Origin: an uncultured Coriobacteriaceae bacterium
Lineage (GTDB): Bacteria; Actinomycetota; Coriobacteriia; Coriobacteriales; QAMH01
Direction: 5' to 3'
Assembly: GCA_964418305.1 (NCBI GenBank)
Contig: CAYQLX010000002.1
Location: 6,064 to 44,957 of the forward strand
DNA: 38,894 nt
Shown here: one piece after another, positions 16,291-25,327 of the stretch
How positions within the stretch are numbered: the stretch's first letter is position 1
Layout of the letters: every line of letters starts with the position of its first letter
Position numbers and translations under genes: made by a program
Notes under the pieces: generated by a model
What the model was told of the DNA's origin: nothing
Seen by the model: the letters and a program-made list of their open reading frames with translations, nothing else
The model's database searches: none

Positions 16291-17604
16291 CTAAGCCTGC
16301 TCTGCTTCCTCGTTCTTGGCATCTTTGTTCATCACGCGGATGAACTCGATGTTATTGCCCTTGAGCTTGAGAAGGATCAGCGAGAGCACGACGGCAACTG
16401 CAACAGCGATAGCGCAGACCATGAACATTCCGGAATAACCGCTGTCGCCGCCGAGCACTGCCAGCCAAGGCGAGATAGCCGCGGCCAGAAGGATGGAGGT
16501 GTAACCGAGCGAGTAGTTAAAGGCAAAGTGCTCGCTGCCAAAGAAGTCACCGATAAGAGACGGATGCATACCGGCAAAGCCACCCAGGCAGAAGCAGTAC
16601 ACGAACGTGCAAACGGCAAACCAGACGATGCCGTGACCCTCGCAGAAGACGAGACCCATAATCGCGATAAAGCCGATGATAAGGATTCCGACAACAACCT
16701 TGAGACGGCCCAGGTGGTCGCCAATGGGGCCAATGATGCAGGACAAGAAGCCCATGACGGAAACGCCGGAGACCAAGAACGCCGCAGTCATATCAGAGAT
16801 ACCGAGGATATCGACGGCGATGTAGGCAAGCTGGTAGGACAAAAGCATGTAACCGGAGCTTGCGCACAGCGGGATGAGGTAGAGCAGATAGAACGCAGGA
16901 TCCTTGAGCATGGCCTTCCAGTCCTTCTGAACGAAGTTGGGATTAGCGATGACCTTGCTCCTCCTGCCCTTACGCTCGCCGGCCTCGGCGTCAGAAGCGA
17001 TGTTCTTGGGCATGTAATCGGCAGGATAATCCGGGAAGAAGATAACCATGACGAGAATCAGGGCTGCCAGAATGATGCCGTTGATGACGAACATCATGTC
17101 AAAGCCCACGCTCTCGATGAGCATCTGGGTCTGAGGGGCCAAGATCATGCCGCCAGCGCTGATACCGCATGCGCACAAGCCAACCGCAAAGCCGCGGTAA
17201 TCGGGGAACATGCGCTCGACGGTGGTCATAACAGAGATATAGATGACCGCCTGCTGCCAACCAATGAAGACAACCTGGGCAATGGCAAAACCAAGGATGC
17301 TGTTGTTGAAGCCGCAGATCAACATACCGATGAGAAGCATCACTGCGCAACTGATGATCGACTTTGTAACGCCAAACTTATCGACAAACTTGCCACCAAT
17401 GATGGTGAACACCGCACCGGCAATCGTAAGACCTGAGTAAATCGTTGCCATGCCTGCTTCCGTGGCACCACGAATGGTGATCATAGGATCGACGAGCAAG
17501 CTCCATGTCATGCCCAAAGCAGCCGTGGAAATGATGATCATACTGATGACCAGTGCAATCCACCTGTATCTGTCGGGGTTTTCGGGTCTGAACTGAAGAT
17601 GCAT
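16291..17604 (-). CDS. MFS transporter, oxalate/formate antiporter (OFA)-like family, paralogue A
   Basis: 437 aa, 12 TM-like segments with a central charged loop. ATG 17602-17604 follows AGGAGGG. Alignable full-length with 23771-25072. Confidence 0.85.
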   Translation of the reverse strand: MHLQFRPENPDRYRWIALVISMIIISTAALGMTWSLLVDPMITIRGATEAGMATIYSGLTIAGAVFTIIGGKFVDKFGVTKSIISCAVMLLIGMLICGFNNSILGFAIAQVVFIGWQQAVIYISVMTTVERMFPDYRGFAVGLCACGISAGGMILAPQTQMLIESVGFDMMFVINGIILAALILVMVIFFPDYPADYMPKNIASDAEAGERKGRRSKVIANPNFVQKDWKAMLKDPAFYLLYLIPLCASSGYMLLSYQLAYIAVDILGISDMTAAFLVSGVSVMGFLSCIIGPIGDHLGRLKVVVGILIIGFIAIMGLVFCEGHGIVWFAVCTFVYCFCLGGFAGMHPSLIGDFFGSEHFAFNYSLGYTSILLAAAISPWLAVLGGDSGYSGMFMVCAIAVAVAVVLSLILLKLKGNNIEFIRVMNKDAKNEEAEQA

Positions 17605-17626
17605 AAGAACCCTCCTGTTGCCTTAC

Positions 17627-17696
17627 TTTGAATGCGCTCCTCTTGCACATCCGCTTGTGGCTAATACACCCGGAATTTTGAATGCGCCGCTCGTGC
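17627..17696. promoter_or_regulatory. Direct repeat TTTGAATGCGC(N)CTC(N)TGC x2, spaced 50 nt, in the MFS-A / PucR-A divergent region
   Basis: 17627-17646 is TTTGAATGCGCTCCTCTTGC and 17677-17696 is TTTGAATGCGCCGCTCGTGC (17/20 identical, the first 11 nt perfect). Confidence 0.4.
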
Positions 17697-17967
17697 TGCG
17701 AAATAGCACCACTTACCTAAAGTTTGGCGATTTTTTGTGCAAAATTTACAAGACGATAACAAAAGCACACTTGTACGCTCCTATATGTTCAGACGGCAAA
17801 GCCAAGGCCCAATCGCACAAAACAAACGTGTTGAGCGGGGCACAAAATAGCAAAGCATCAATGGCAGCCGCAAGGGCGTAAGTCAGCCCTTGCAACAGAC
17901 AGAAGAAGTTCATAAACTCACAGGCAAAATTCGCTGTCATGCGAGCACAAGAAAACAGGGAGGCGCG

Positions 17968-19197
17968 ATGCGAATCTCTATGTTCTACAAGCAGGAGCTT
18001 GGCAATCACCTAAAGCGTTGCTCGATATCGTTTAATGACACGGTTTTGCCAAAGGGAATCATCATCGTCGATGATGAGACAGCTCCGCGCGAAGGACATC
18101 TGTGCATCGTAAGCTCTAGCGCTGTGGATTCGTTTAACACAGATTGCAAAGACGTAAAGAGCTGCTATTTCTTCCTAACCACAGGCGCCGCCGAGCTCTT
18201 TGACATGCTCGCAAAAAGAGGCAACTGTGCAGTCTATGCAACAGACCTCGATTGCATTCCGCTTTACAACCTTCTCTATACTGCATCGCTTCATTCCGGT
18301 TCTTCCGAGGTGAACCTCGCTCCTGGCGGTAGCGACTTTGCCAACTTCATCCACGACGTTTTACGTATGCGTCTTGTACATGAAAATGAAATATTCAATG
18401 CCTATAGTGAATTCCCTAATACAGCGGACATGTCTTTTAGGGTTTTAATATTTGAATTTGAGAAAGACCAAGCAACTGCTGTCAATATCGGCATGCTCTC
18501 AAGACGATTGAAGAGCATCTTTTCCCGCGTGAATTGCACCAATTACTTTGGGCGCTTTATCGCAATCCAGCAAGCAGGTGATTGGAAGAAAGACGACATA
18601 CATTTCTCATCCGATGTACAGGCTCAGCTGGAGGAAGTGTGCATCTCAACCCACTGCTATTGCTCGGTAGGATGCCCAATCCTTAACTGGCAAATATTGC
18701 GTACACAGATTCACATGATTACCTCTACCCTGCGTATTGCATTGCGCCTGTCCAAGGATTCAAGCAAACGCATTTTCTATTCAGAGGAATATATGCTGCA
18801 GCTCACTTTGAACTGGGCTTTCAAGGGCTACACAGAAGAGTATTTGCATGAGAACTACATGTATATGCTCTACCCCGGCGTTGCTCAGATCATCCGCTAT
18901 GACCAAGAAAATGGCACCGACCTACGGGACGTTTTGCTGCAGTACCTCCTCAACGAGAGAAACGCCACAAAGACTGCAGACGCCTTGTTCATGCACCGCA
19001 ACACCGTCCTCTATAAAATCAAGAAAATTGAGTCCCTTCTTGGGGACGACTTAGAGGATCCGGCGACAAGGGAGCGCATCCAATGGTCGTGCAGGATGAG
19101 CGAGTTCTGCGAGCGAGCCCTCGACGTCATGCCCGATCAGTTCAAAGGCTATGGCTCGTCCAAGAGGTTCCCCATCAACCCGTCAATTCTTGACTAG
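17968..19197 (+). CDS. PucR/CdaR-family transcriptional regulator, paralogue A
   Basis: Start trimmed to ATG 17968 after GGGAGG. C-terminal PucR HTH: LLQYLLNERNATKTADALFMHRNTVLYKIKKIESLLG. Confidence 0.8.
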   Translation: MRISMFYKQELGNHLKRCSISFNDTVLPKGIIIVDDETAPREGHLCIVSSSAVDSFNTDCKDVKSCYFFLTTGAAELFDMLAKRGNCAVYATDLDCIPLYNLLYTASLHSGSSEVNLAPGGSDFANFIHDVLRMRLVHENEIFNAYSEFPNTADMSFRVLIFEFEKDQATAVNIGMLSRRLKSIFSRVNCTNYFGRFIAIQQAGDWKKDDIHFSSDVQAQLEEVCISTHCYCSVGCPILNWQILRTQIHMITSTLRIALRLSKDSSKRIFYSEEYMLQLTLNWAFKGYTEEYLHENYMYMLYPGVAQIIRYDQENGTDLRDVLLQYLLNERNATKTADALFMHRNTVLYKIKKIESLLGDDLEDPATRERIQWSCRMSEFCERALDVMPDQFKGYGSSKRFPINPSILD

Positions 19198-19221
19198 ACG
19201 GCTATCGCTAAAAACGCGTGG

Positions 19222-20442
19222 CTAACAGCCTACGACCACCTCGTCGCCGTCCCATGAAAGCTTGCCGTTAAGGCCTGCCTCTGTCGTGACGCGCTGCATG
19301 TACTCGAAGGTCTCTTGGCCCTTCTGATCTTGGCCGTGTACATAGGGCACGCCGCTTTTCTCTGTCTGCATGAGCACCATCCGCGTCTGAGCGATTCTTG
19401 CCACGCCATCTGCGTCTTTTTTGATGATGAGCTTTGCCGCATGACAATGGACAGACTCTGGATGGAAGGGATAGGTGGGGTACTCGGGGTCTGGCACAAA
19501 GCCAAAACGTTTGACGCGCGCCTTGATCCACTCCTGGTTGACGGAGTCGGCCCCTCCTGGAATCTCTCCCTTGAAGTTGGGCGAAAGTTGGGGAACCCAC
19601 ATCACAAAGTTGTTGAGGCCGTGGAAGATGGGCGCGCCCTTGTAGACTTCGACTCCGTGCGAGATATGACTGTGAGAACTCATCACCGCATCTGCACCAT
19701 TATCCACGGCCATATGGGCGATTAAGCGCTCCCATGTGTCGACGACCACAGGCTGATGCACGTAACCCTTGTGATAATAGGCGATGAGGATGTCACAGTC
19801 CTTCTTGGCTGCACGTATGTCCGTTGCCATCTTCTCCAAGGCATCGCAGGAAACAAAGTTATGCCCTCTAAAGAGACCATCCATCTGCTGGGGTTCTTTA
19901 AGCGACCATACATCCCACTCCACGCGTGCATCGCGCGAAGATTGATCCACCTGGGTGTCCACCCACGCGCGTGTGAACTCCAGCCCGTTGGTGCCTCCCC
20001 TGTCATCGCGCGCAAACGTGTACTTAGAGCCAACGCAGTTCCACGCGATGACGCCTATCCTCACGCCGTTCTTTGTTATGTATGCGGGCTTTGCGGCTTG
20101 CGCAGCGTCCAAACCTCCGCCGCAGCAGGCGATGCCCTTCTCCTGACACCAATCGATGGTGTCTTTGACGCCTTGCTCGCCGTAATCATAGAAATGGTTG
20201 CCGGATAGCGTGACCAGGTCCACTTTGCCCACAACGGGCTCTAGGACATCCACGAGCTTGTCGTGGCCGGCTTCTGGGAGCAGCTGGCGCGTATAAGGTT
20301 CCTCGAGCTGGAACATACGCACATCGCATGAGTCGAGCAAGGGAGTGACTCCCTGCAGGTACTTGGACGCCTCGCGCCCTACCGAGAAATCTCCGGCAAA
20401 CAAAACAGAGATTTCCTCTTGCCCGCTTTTGCCCTCTATCAC
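19222..20442 (-). CDS. CapA-like (PGA_cap) metallophosphoesterase-fold protein
   Basis: FAGDFS, FQLEEPYT, LSGNHFYDYGEQG, YYHKGYVHQ, GADAVMSSHSHISHGVEVYKGAPIFHGLNNF. GTG start follows AAGGGAG. Confidence 0.7.
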   Translation of the reverse strand: MIEGKSGQEEISVLFAGDFSVGREASKYLQGVTPLLDSCDVRMFQLEEPYTRQLLPEAGHDKLVDVLEPVVGKVDLVTLSGNHFYDYGEQGVKDTIDWCQEKGIACCGGGLDAAQAAKPAYITKNGVRIGVIAWNCVGSKYTFARDDRGGTNGLEFTRAWVDTQVDQSSRDARVEWDVWSLKEPQQMDGLFRGHNFVSCDALEKMATDIRAAKKDCDILIAYYHKGYVHQPVVVDTWERLIAHMAVDNGADAVMSSHSHISHGVEVYKGAPIFHGLNNFVMWVPQLSPNFKGEIPGGADSVNQEWIKARVKRFGFVPDPEYPTYPFHPESVHCHAAKLIIKKDADGVARIAQTRMVLMQTEKSGVPYVHGQDQKGQETFEYMQRVTTEAGLNGKLSWDGDEVVVGC

Positions 20443-20490
20443 AGCTGCTCCCTTCGCCTTTGCCTGCTGGCCGTCAAATCAAAGATAGAT

Positions 20491-22065
20491 CTAGTTCTGT
20501 TCAAATGCCGTGGGGTCGTTTTGCGCCTTCCTGGCGTAGCACTGGCCGCCACAGTAAGCAGAAAGCGCCTTGCCCAACAGCATGTTTACCTCATCGTCGT
20601 TGTCGTCTTTTGCGCTGGCGCACACGGCAAGGCTCTGGTAGTTGATGCCCTCGTACATGAGCTCCTTGGCCTTTTCCAAAACCTGCTCTCGCTCTTGCGA
20701 GCGCTCGCTCAGATGATAGACATCGCGGGCGGCAAACCAAAGCTGCTGCTCGAGCTCCTGGCGCGCCTCGGCGACGACAGCCAATGCGTCGCCCACCAAG
20801 CGGATCTTCCAGAACGTGCCCAGCGAATGCGGGTGCAGCGACAAGCAGGGCGTGCTGTCGCCCTTCATGCAGTAGAAGGCGCGCTCTTCGACATCGACCA
20901 CGTGGCGCAAGACGGGTCTAAACCCGGCCGAGTGCACCTGTGGGGACCAATCCCCCATATCGAGACCGTTGTCAAAGATAGGCACCCAGTTGTTATGCCA
21001 CCCTGAGGGGACGGGTTGCGATTGGTCGTGCTTCCAGACGTCGAGCCCCCAATCCTCACGATAAGGACGCGACCAACCTTCAGGAACGTAGTAATCGTCG
21101 ATGCTTTCTGCGGCAAAGAGCGTCTGCTTGCTGATCTTGCCCCAATGGTCCTGGACAAACTTCTCGACACTCCAGTAGCGCGGGTCGGTATCGCTCCAGT
21201 ACTTAGCCCCCTGGTTGAGGCAGTCTTGCATATCGGGATGATGGGACCCATTGTTCTCGAGCAAATAATCGGTCTCTCCCAAATCCCCCGACCTGCGCAC
21301 GCGCTTCTTCTTGCCGGTGAACTCCATGAGCCACACGTCATGGGATTCATCGCCGGCAAGTTGATTGCAGCCTGTCACGAACTCCCAATCGCGATATGGG
21401 GCCATAGCCTCCTCGGCCGAGTTGCTAAACGCCGCAGCATAAATGTTGGCGTCGTTCCACATATGGCGCCAATCGCCTTCGACGGGCTTGCGGATGCTTC
21501 CCTCGCCTGCGTTTTGGTGCCCGGAGCCTTGGAGCAAGACGCCTTTCTCGTTAAGGCAGGTGCGATGGAAAAGCTCGCAGGAGATGAATGCGTTGCCGTC
21601 TTGCGGGTAAGCCAAAACAGCGGGAAGGTACTCGCGCGCCTCGTAGCCCAAGTCCATGTTGGAAGCGCCGATGAGATGCCCATCTTTTGTGGCGCTGCCC
21701 CATGCTGCAACCTCGGAGCACTCGCGCTCTGCACGCAACATGCTAATGCCGTAAAGACTTAGGACTGCCTCGTCAAACGGGCGGCCAGCCTCGTCGGCCA
21801 TGCCCTGGACGAGCTGAATGAGCTGCGGGAAGTCCTTCTCGCAGGCTTTGAGGTAGCGTTTGCCCATAGAGCGGATATGTTCCTCGTCGCCAAGGGCACC
21901 GTAGTAGTCTGCAAAGGTGCTGGCGCAACGGGCGATAAATGCCTCTTTGCACTGCGCAACGTACTGGCGCCCCATGTCATACCAAGAACCGCTTACGATG
22001 GCGATGCGCTGGAACGGGCTTATTTTCATGCAGGGATCGAACGGATATGCATCATGGATGCTCAT
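20491..22065 (-). CDS. C45-family (acyl-CoA:6-APA acyltransferase-like) Ntn-hydrolase-like protein with a long C-terminal extension
   Basis: Candidate nucleophile Cys116 lies in RECSEVAAWGSATKDGHLIGASNMD, resembling the C45 CT..G..G.NWD region. 524 aa against about 350 typical. RBS GGAGG. Confidence 0.55.
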   Translation of the reverse strand: MSIHDAYPFDPCMKISPFQRIAIVSGSWYDMGRQYVAQCKEAFIARCASTFADYYGALGDEEHIRSMGKRYLKACEKDFPQLIQLVQGMADEAGRPFDEAVLSLYGISMLRAERECSEVAAWGSATKDGHLIGASNMDLGYEAREYLPAVLAYPQDGNAFISCELFHRTCLNEKGVLLQGSGHQNAGEGSIRKPVEGDWRHMWNDANIYAAAFSNSAEEAMAPYRDWEFVTGCNQLAGDESHDVWLMEFTGKKKRVRRSGDLGETDYLLENNGSHHPDMQDCLNQGAKYWSDTDPRYWSVEKFVQDHWGKISKQTLFAAESIDDYYVPEGWSRPYREDWGLDVWKHDQSQPVPSGWHNNWVPIFDNGLDMGDWSPQVHSAGFRPVLRHVVDVEERAFYCMKGDSTPCLSLHPHSLGTFWKIRLVGDALAVVAEARQELEQQLWFAARDVYHLSERSQEREQVLEKAKELMYEGINYQSLAVCASAKDDNDDEVNMLLGKALSAYCGGQCYARKAQNDPTAFEQN

Positions 22066-22104
22066 GAGAAAACCTCCGATTCATTTATCCGTGCTTAAAG
22101 CAAG

Positions 22105-22138
22105 CAGGCCCGATGAGAGCTTTGCTTCATCGGGCCTG
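22105..22138 (-). terminator. 12-bp hairpin between esterase B and the C45-like gene
   Basis: CAGGCCCGATGA [10 nt] TCATCGGGCCTG, followed on the minus strand by CTTGCTTTAAGC. Confidence 0.45.
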
Positions 22139-22144
22139 TGATTG

Positions 22145-23650
22145 CTATTTCTGGTAATGACGAATGATCTCGATGTCTTTGCGACGCGCGCCGTCCTCGA
22201 CAGAGAACTCTTTGTCAAAGATTGCGGTCTTTTGCGCGTCTTCATCATACAAAGGCCACTCGATACCCAGAGACGGACCATTGGGGTCACCCGAGACGAT
22301 GAAGTTGTACCAGACGTCTTGGATCTTCTTGCCAAACTCATAATCAGGATGCTCACCTGCGAGCTTCTCACCGCTGGTCAGGTACAAATACATTCCCGCA
22401 TCCGGCTTACCGGACACAAACATAAGCTCTGCGCAGTGCTGAGCGCGGATGCGCGCGCCTTCTGGCTTGAAGGGCATGTAGTACATGTAGACCTTGCTGC
22501 CACCCTGCAAAACAGCTTCCGTCGAGGAAATCTGCCTGAGACGCATGCCAAGGTCGTTGTACATGTCCTCCATGGTCTCGGACTCGGGGCGATTGGGGTA
22601 GTTGTCCTTGAATGCCTGGATATCCTCATCGGTGACCATGGGGAAGCGGGAGCGTACGCGCTTCTCGATGTCTGCCGCGCTCATGTCGATCATATCGGTC
22701 GAGTACTCGCCGGCAAGAGTGCCACTCATCACAGCAACGTGCTTGGCGCAACCAGAGGCCAAAGCAACCTCTATGTCCATGGGGATAACCTTATCGTCGC
22801 GGCACGGGTTATAGCCTGCGTACCCAGGCTCCATGAACAGAGCGTCAGATGCTGCCACAAGCTGTAAAGGCGTTGCGGCAAGCATGTCGTCGAGCGATTT
22901 TGCGTCCAGATAATCGGCCATCATCTTACCCGTACGCTTGGCGTCCTCGGGCGCCTTGGTGGTGCGGATGGGGCCGGTAGTGGGAGCGGAGCTTTCGCAG
23001 ATGGCACCGCAGAAGAGCTTGGCAGCCTCGGGGATTGACATGAGGACGAAGCAAGAGTAGCTTCCCGCGCTCTGGCCGCCGATAGTCACATGATCGGGAT
23101 CTCCGCCAAACGCTGCGATGTTTTCCTGTATCCACTTGAGCGCGGCGATCTGGTCGAGGATCTGCAAGTTGTTGGAATCTGCGTACTCGCCTTTATCGTC
23201 AAAGGCGCTCAGGTCCATAGAGCCAAACGGCCCAAAACGGTACTCGATGTTGACAAAGACCGTATCCGGATGCGTTGCGACAAACTCATCGCCGCAATAA
23301 ATGCCGCCAAAGCAATCCGTGCGAATGCTGCCCTCGACATAGCTGCCGCCGTGGATGAACACATAGACGGGCTTCTTGCCGGACTCACCGTTGGTCCAGA
23401 TGTTGAGATTGAGACAGTCCTCGCTCATAGGAGGTTCGCAGTCAAACTCCTCGGGCATGTACGTCTGCCAAGGCGCGGGTCTGTCTTCCAGAGCGCTGAT
23501 AAGCGTATCACTTGGCTTAAGCGGCGTTGCGCGCTTCCAACGCTGAGGGGGATTCGCATAGCGGATGCCCAGATACTCGTGGACTCCATTAGGCAAAACT
23601 TTGCCAACATACTCGCCGGTGACGGCTTTAGCGTGAACTTGATTAGCCAT
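22145..23650 (-). CDS. Type-B carboxylesterase, paralogue B
   Basis: Start trimmed to ATG 23648-23650 (MANQVHAK) after GGAAAGGGAAG. EDCLNLNIW, IHGGSY, GGQSAGS (Ser codon 23069-23071), AGEY, RAQHCAELMFV. Confidence 0.9.
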   Translation of the reverse strand: MANQVHAKAVTGEYVGKVLPNGVHEYLGIRYANPPQRWKRATPLKPSDTLISALEDRPAPWQTYMPEEFDCEPPMSEDCLNLNIWTNGESGKKPVYVFIHGGSYVEGSIRTDCFGGIYCGDEFVATHPDTVFVNIEYRFGPFGSMDLSAFDDKGEYADSNNLQILDQIAALKWIQENIAAFGGDPDHVTIGGQSAGSYSCFVLMSIPEAAKLFCGAICESSAPTTGPIRTTKAPEDAKRTGKMMADYLDAKSLDDMLAATPLQLVAASDALFMEPGYAGYNPCRDDKVIPMDIEVALASGCAKHVAVMSGTLAGEYSTDMIDMSAADIEKRVRSRFPMVTDEDIQAFKDNYPNRPESETMEDMYNDLGMRLRQISSTEAVLQGGSKVYMYYMPFKPEGARIRAQHCAELMFVSGKPDAGMYLYLTSGEKLAGEHPDYEFGKKIQDVWYNFIVSGDPNGPSLGIEWPLYDEDAQKTAIFDKEFSVEDGARRKDIEIIRHYQK

Positions 23651-23667
23651 TTCTAGCTTCCCTTTCC

Positions 23668-23709
23668 AAAAAATTGGCTGGAGCCCTTGTGCAAAAACTC
23701 CAGCCAATT
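23668..23709 (-). terminator. Strong rho-independent terminator between MFS-B and esterase B
   Basis: 12-bp stem AATTGGCTGGAG/CTCCAGCCAATT with a 14-nt loop. On the minus strand it runs straight into TTTTTT, then the esterase-B RBS. Confidence 0.75.
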
Positions 23710-23770
23710 AATTAAACACTTTTATTGGCGAGCTGTGACCAAGCAGTCACCGCCTCTTTAAGGCAATGCT

Positions 23771-25072
23771 CTACTCGGCATCCTTCTTACGAAGGATGTA
23801 CTCGGTCTTACCGTTGCGGATGTGACGCAGGATAAGAGAAATCACAAAGCCGATAGTGCACATAACAGTGCAGAGCATGAAGATGGGCACATAGTCGGGG
23901 CTGTCGCCAGTGGTGCGGCCGACAACTGCCAGCCAAGGAGAGATGGTAGCAGCAACCAAGACGCCGATGTAGACGATGGAGAAGTTAGAGCCAAAGTGCT
24001 CGCCACCAAAGAGGTCGTTGGTCAGAGGACCGGTGGAGCCAGCCAGAGAGCCCATGAAGAAGCAATAGGCAAAGCAGCAGACTGCGAACCAGACGATGCC
24101 ATGGCTACCGGAGAAGATCAGGCCGCCGATAGCAATCGTGCTGAAGAGCAAGCAGATGGGCACCCAGTTAAGACGGCCGATAAGGTCACTGATAAAGCCA
24201 CCGATAATCTTTGCAGCAAAACCGCATGCAGAGACACCGGAAACCAGGAACGCAGCCTCGATGGGCTCGATGCCCAGGATGTCTTGGGCGATGTAGCTCA
24301 TCTGATAGGAAAGAAGCATGAAGCCGGTAACACCAAGCAGAAGAATCGCGAAGAGCATGTAGAACGCAGGGTCCTTGAACATCTCGACGTTGCCCTTCTG
24401 GACAAAATCGGGGTTGGCGACAAAGCGGGTCTTCTTCTTGTCCTCTGCCTCTTCAGCCTCGGCCTGCACATAGCCGGCAGGCTTGTAGTTTTGAGGGGGA
24501 TCCGGGTTGAGGAAAACGCAGATGAGGGACACAACGAAGCAAGAACCGCCGATGATGAAGAACATCGCATCGAAGCCGAAGGTGTCCATGGCTGCCTGGC
24601 AAAGCGGGCTGATGATCATGCCGCCCAGAGAGACGCCTGCAGTGGTGAAGCCCATGGCAACGCCGCGGTGATCGGGGAAGCCCGTAGAAGCGGTAGCCAA
24701 AACAGAGATGTACAAAACGGACTGCTGGAAGCCAACGAAGATAACCTGCGCGATGGCGAACACCCAGATGTTATGCGAGATGCCGCACAGGATGTTGCCA
24801 ATGAAGTAGCAAATCATGGAAATGAGCGTCATCTTATTTGCACCGAGTTTATCGACGAGTTTACCGCCGACAACGGTAAAGATCATGCCAACAACAGTCA
24901 GACCGGAGTAGCAGCCTGCCATGAAGGCATCGGATGCGCCACGCTCGTTGATCATGGGGTCTACCAAGAGACTCCAGATGTGGCCGGTGCATGTCATGAG
25001 CAGGATCATGCCTGCTACGAGCGACACCCACCTAAACGCATCGTAGTTTTTTGGTTTGAACTGGAAAGCCAT
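23771..25072 (-). CDS. MFS transporter, OFA-like family, paralogue B
   Basis: Start trimmed to ATG 25070-25072 (MAFQFKPKNYDAFRW) after AGGAGG. Collinear with paralogue A (WSLLVDPMI, FAIAQV, KDPAFY, GHGIVWFAVC, ISPWLAV). Confidence 0.85.
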   Translation of the reverse strand: MAFQFKPKNYDAFRWVSLVAGMILLMTCTGHIWSLLVDPMINERGASDAFMAGCYSGLTVVGMIFTVVGGKLVDKLGANKMTLISMICYFIGNILCGISHNIWVFAIAQVIFVGFQQSVLYISVLATASTGFPDHRGVAMGFTTAGVSLGGMIISPLCQAAMDTFGFDAMFFIIGGSCFVVSLICVFLNPDPPQNYKPAGYVQAEAEEAEDKKKTRFVANPDFVQKGNVEMFKDPAFYMLFAILLLGVTGFMLLSYQMSYIAQDILGIEPIEAAFLVSGVSACGFAAKIIGGFISDLIGRLNWVPICLLFSTIAIGGLIFSGSHGIVWFAVCCFAYCFFMGSLAGSTGPLTNDLFGGEHFGSNFSIVYIGVLVAATISPWLAVVGRTTGDSPDYVPIFMLCTVMCTIGFVISLILRHIRNGKTEYILRKKDAE

Positions 25073-25105
25073 TTCAATACCTCCTAAACAATTTCCCTTC
25101 TTGCG

Positions 25106-25127
25106 CATCGACATACATATCGATGTT
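25106..25127. promoter_or_regulatory. Palindrome CATCGA-N8-TCGATG upstream of MFS-B, containing TATCGATGTT
   Basis: CATCGACATACATATCGATGTT lies 34-55 nt upstream of ATG 25072. The 10-mer TATCGATGTT recurs at 27224-27233. Confidence 0.35.
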
Positions 25128-25271
25128 TCATTTACATTAATCAGCCCGCAGACGGTCGGTTATGTTGGTAAGCAACAGAAAAAGGGTCGTTTATTGTTTG
25201 CTAGCGCCATTAACAAACAGGCGAACCCAACATCGCTTTTTGCTTGCTAAAAACCAGTCAGGAGCGCTAAC

Positions 25272-25302
25272 AAAAAAGGCAGGATAGGAACCCTATCCTG
25301 CC
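25272..25302 (-). terminator. Rho-independent terminator of the CocE/NonD gene
   Basis: GGCAGGATAGG [AAC] CCTATCCTGCC, followed on the minus strand by TTTTTTG. Confidence 0.8.
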
Positions 25303-25327
25303 TTTAACCAGCGTAGTGCCGCTACCC

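Noticed and set aside
17618-17881. An 87-aa plus-strand ORF in the MFS-A/PucR-A divergent region.
   Set aside because: It has no RBS, starts inside the MFS-A leader and has no recognisable motif. The region is more plausibly promoter/operator DNA.
19222-20442. A poly-gamma-glutamate capsule synthesis locus, suggested by CapA.
   Set aside because: No CapB/PgsB ligase or CapC/PgsC is present. The protein lacks an obvious N-terminal membrane anchor and sits in a hydrolase operon.
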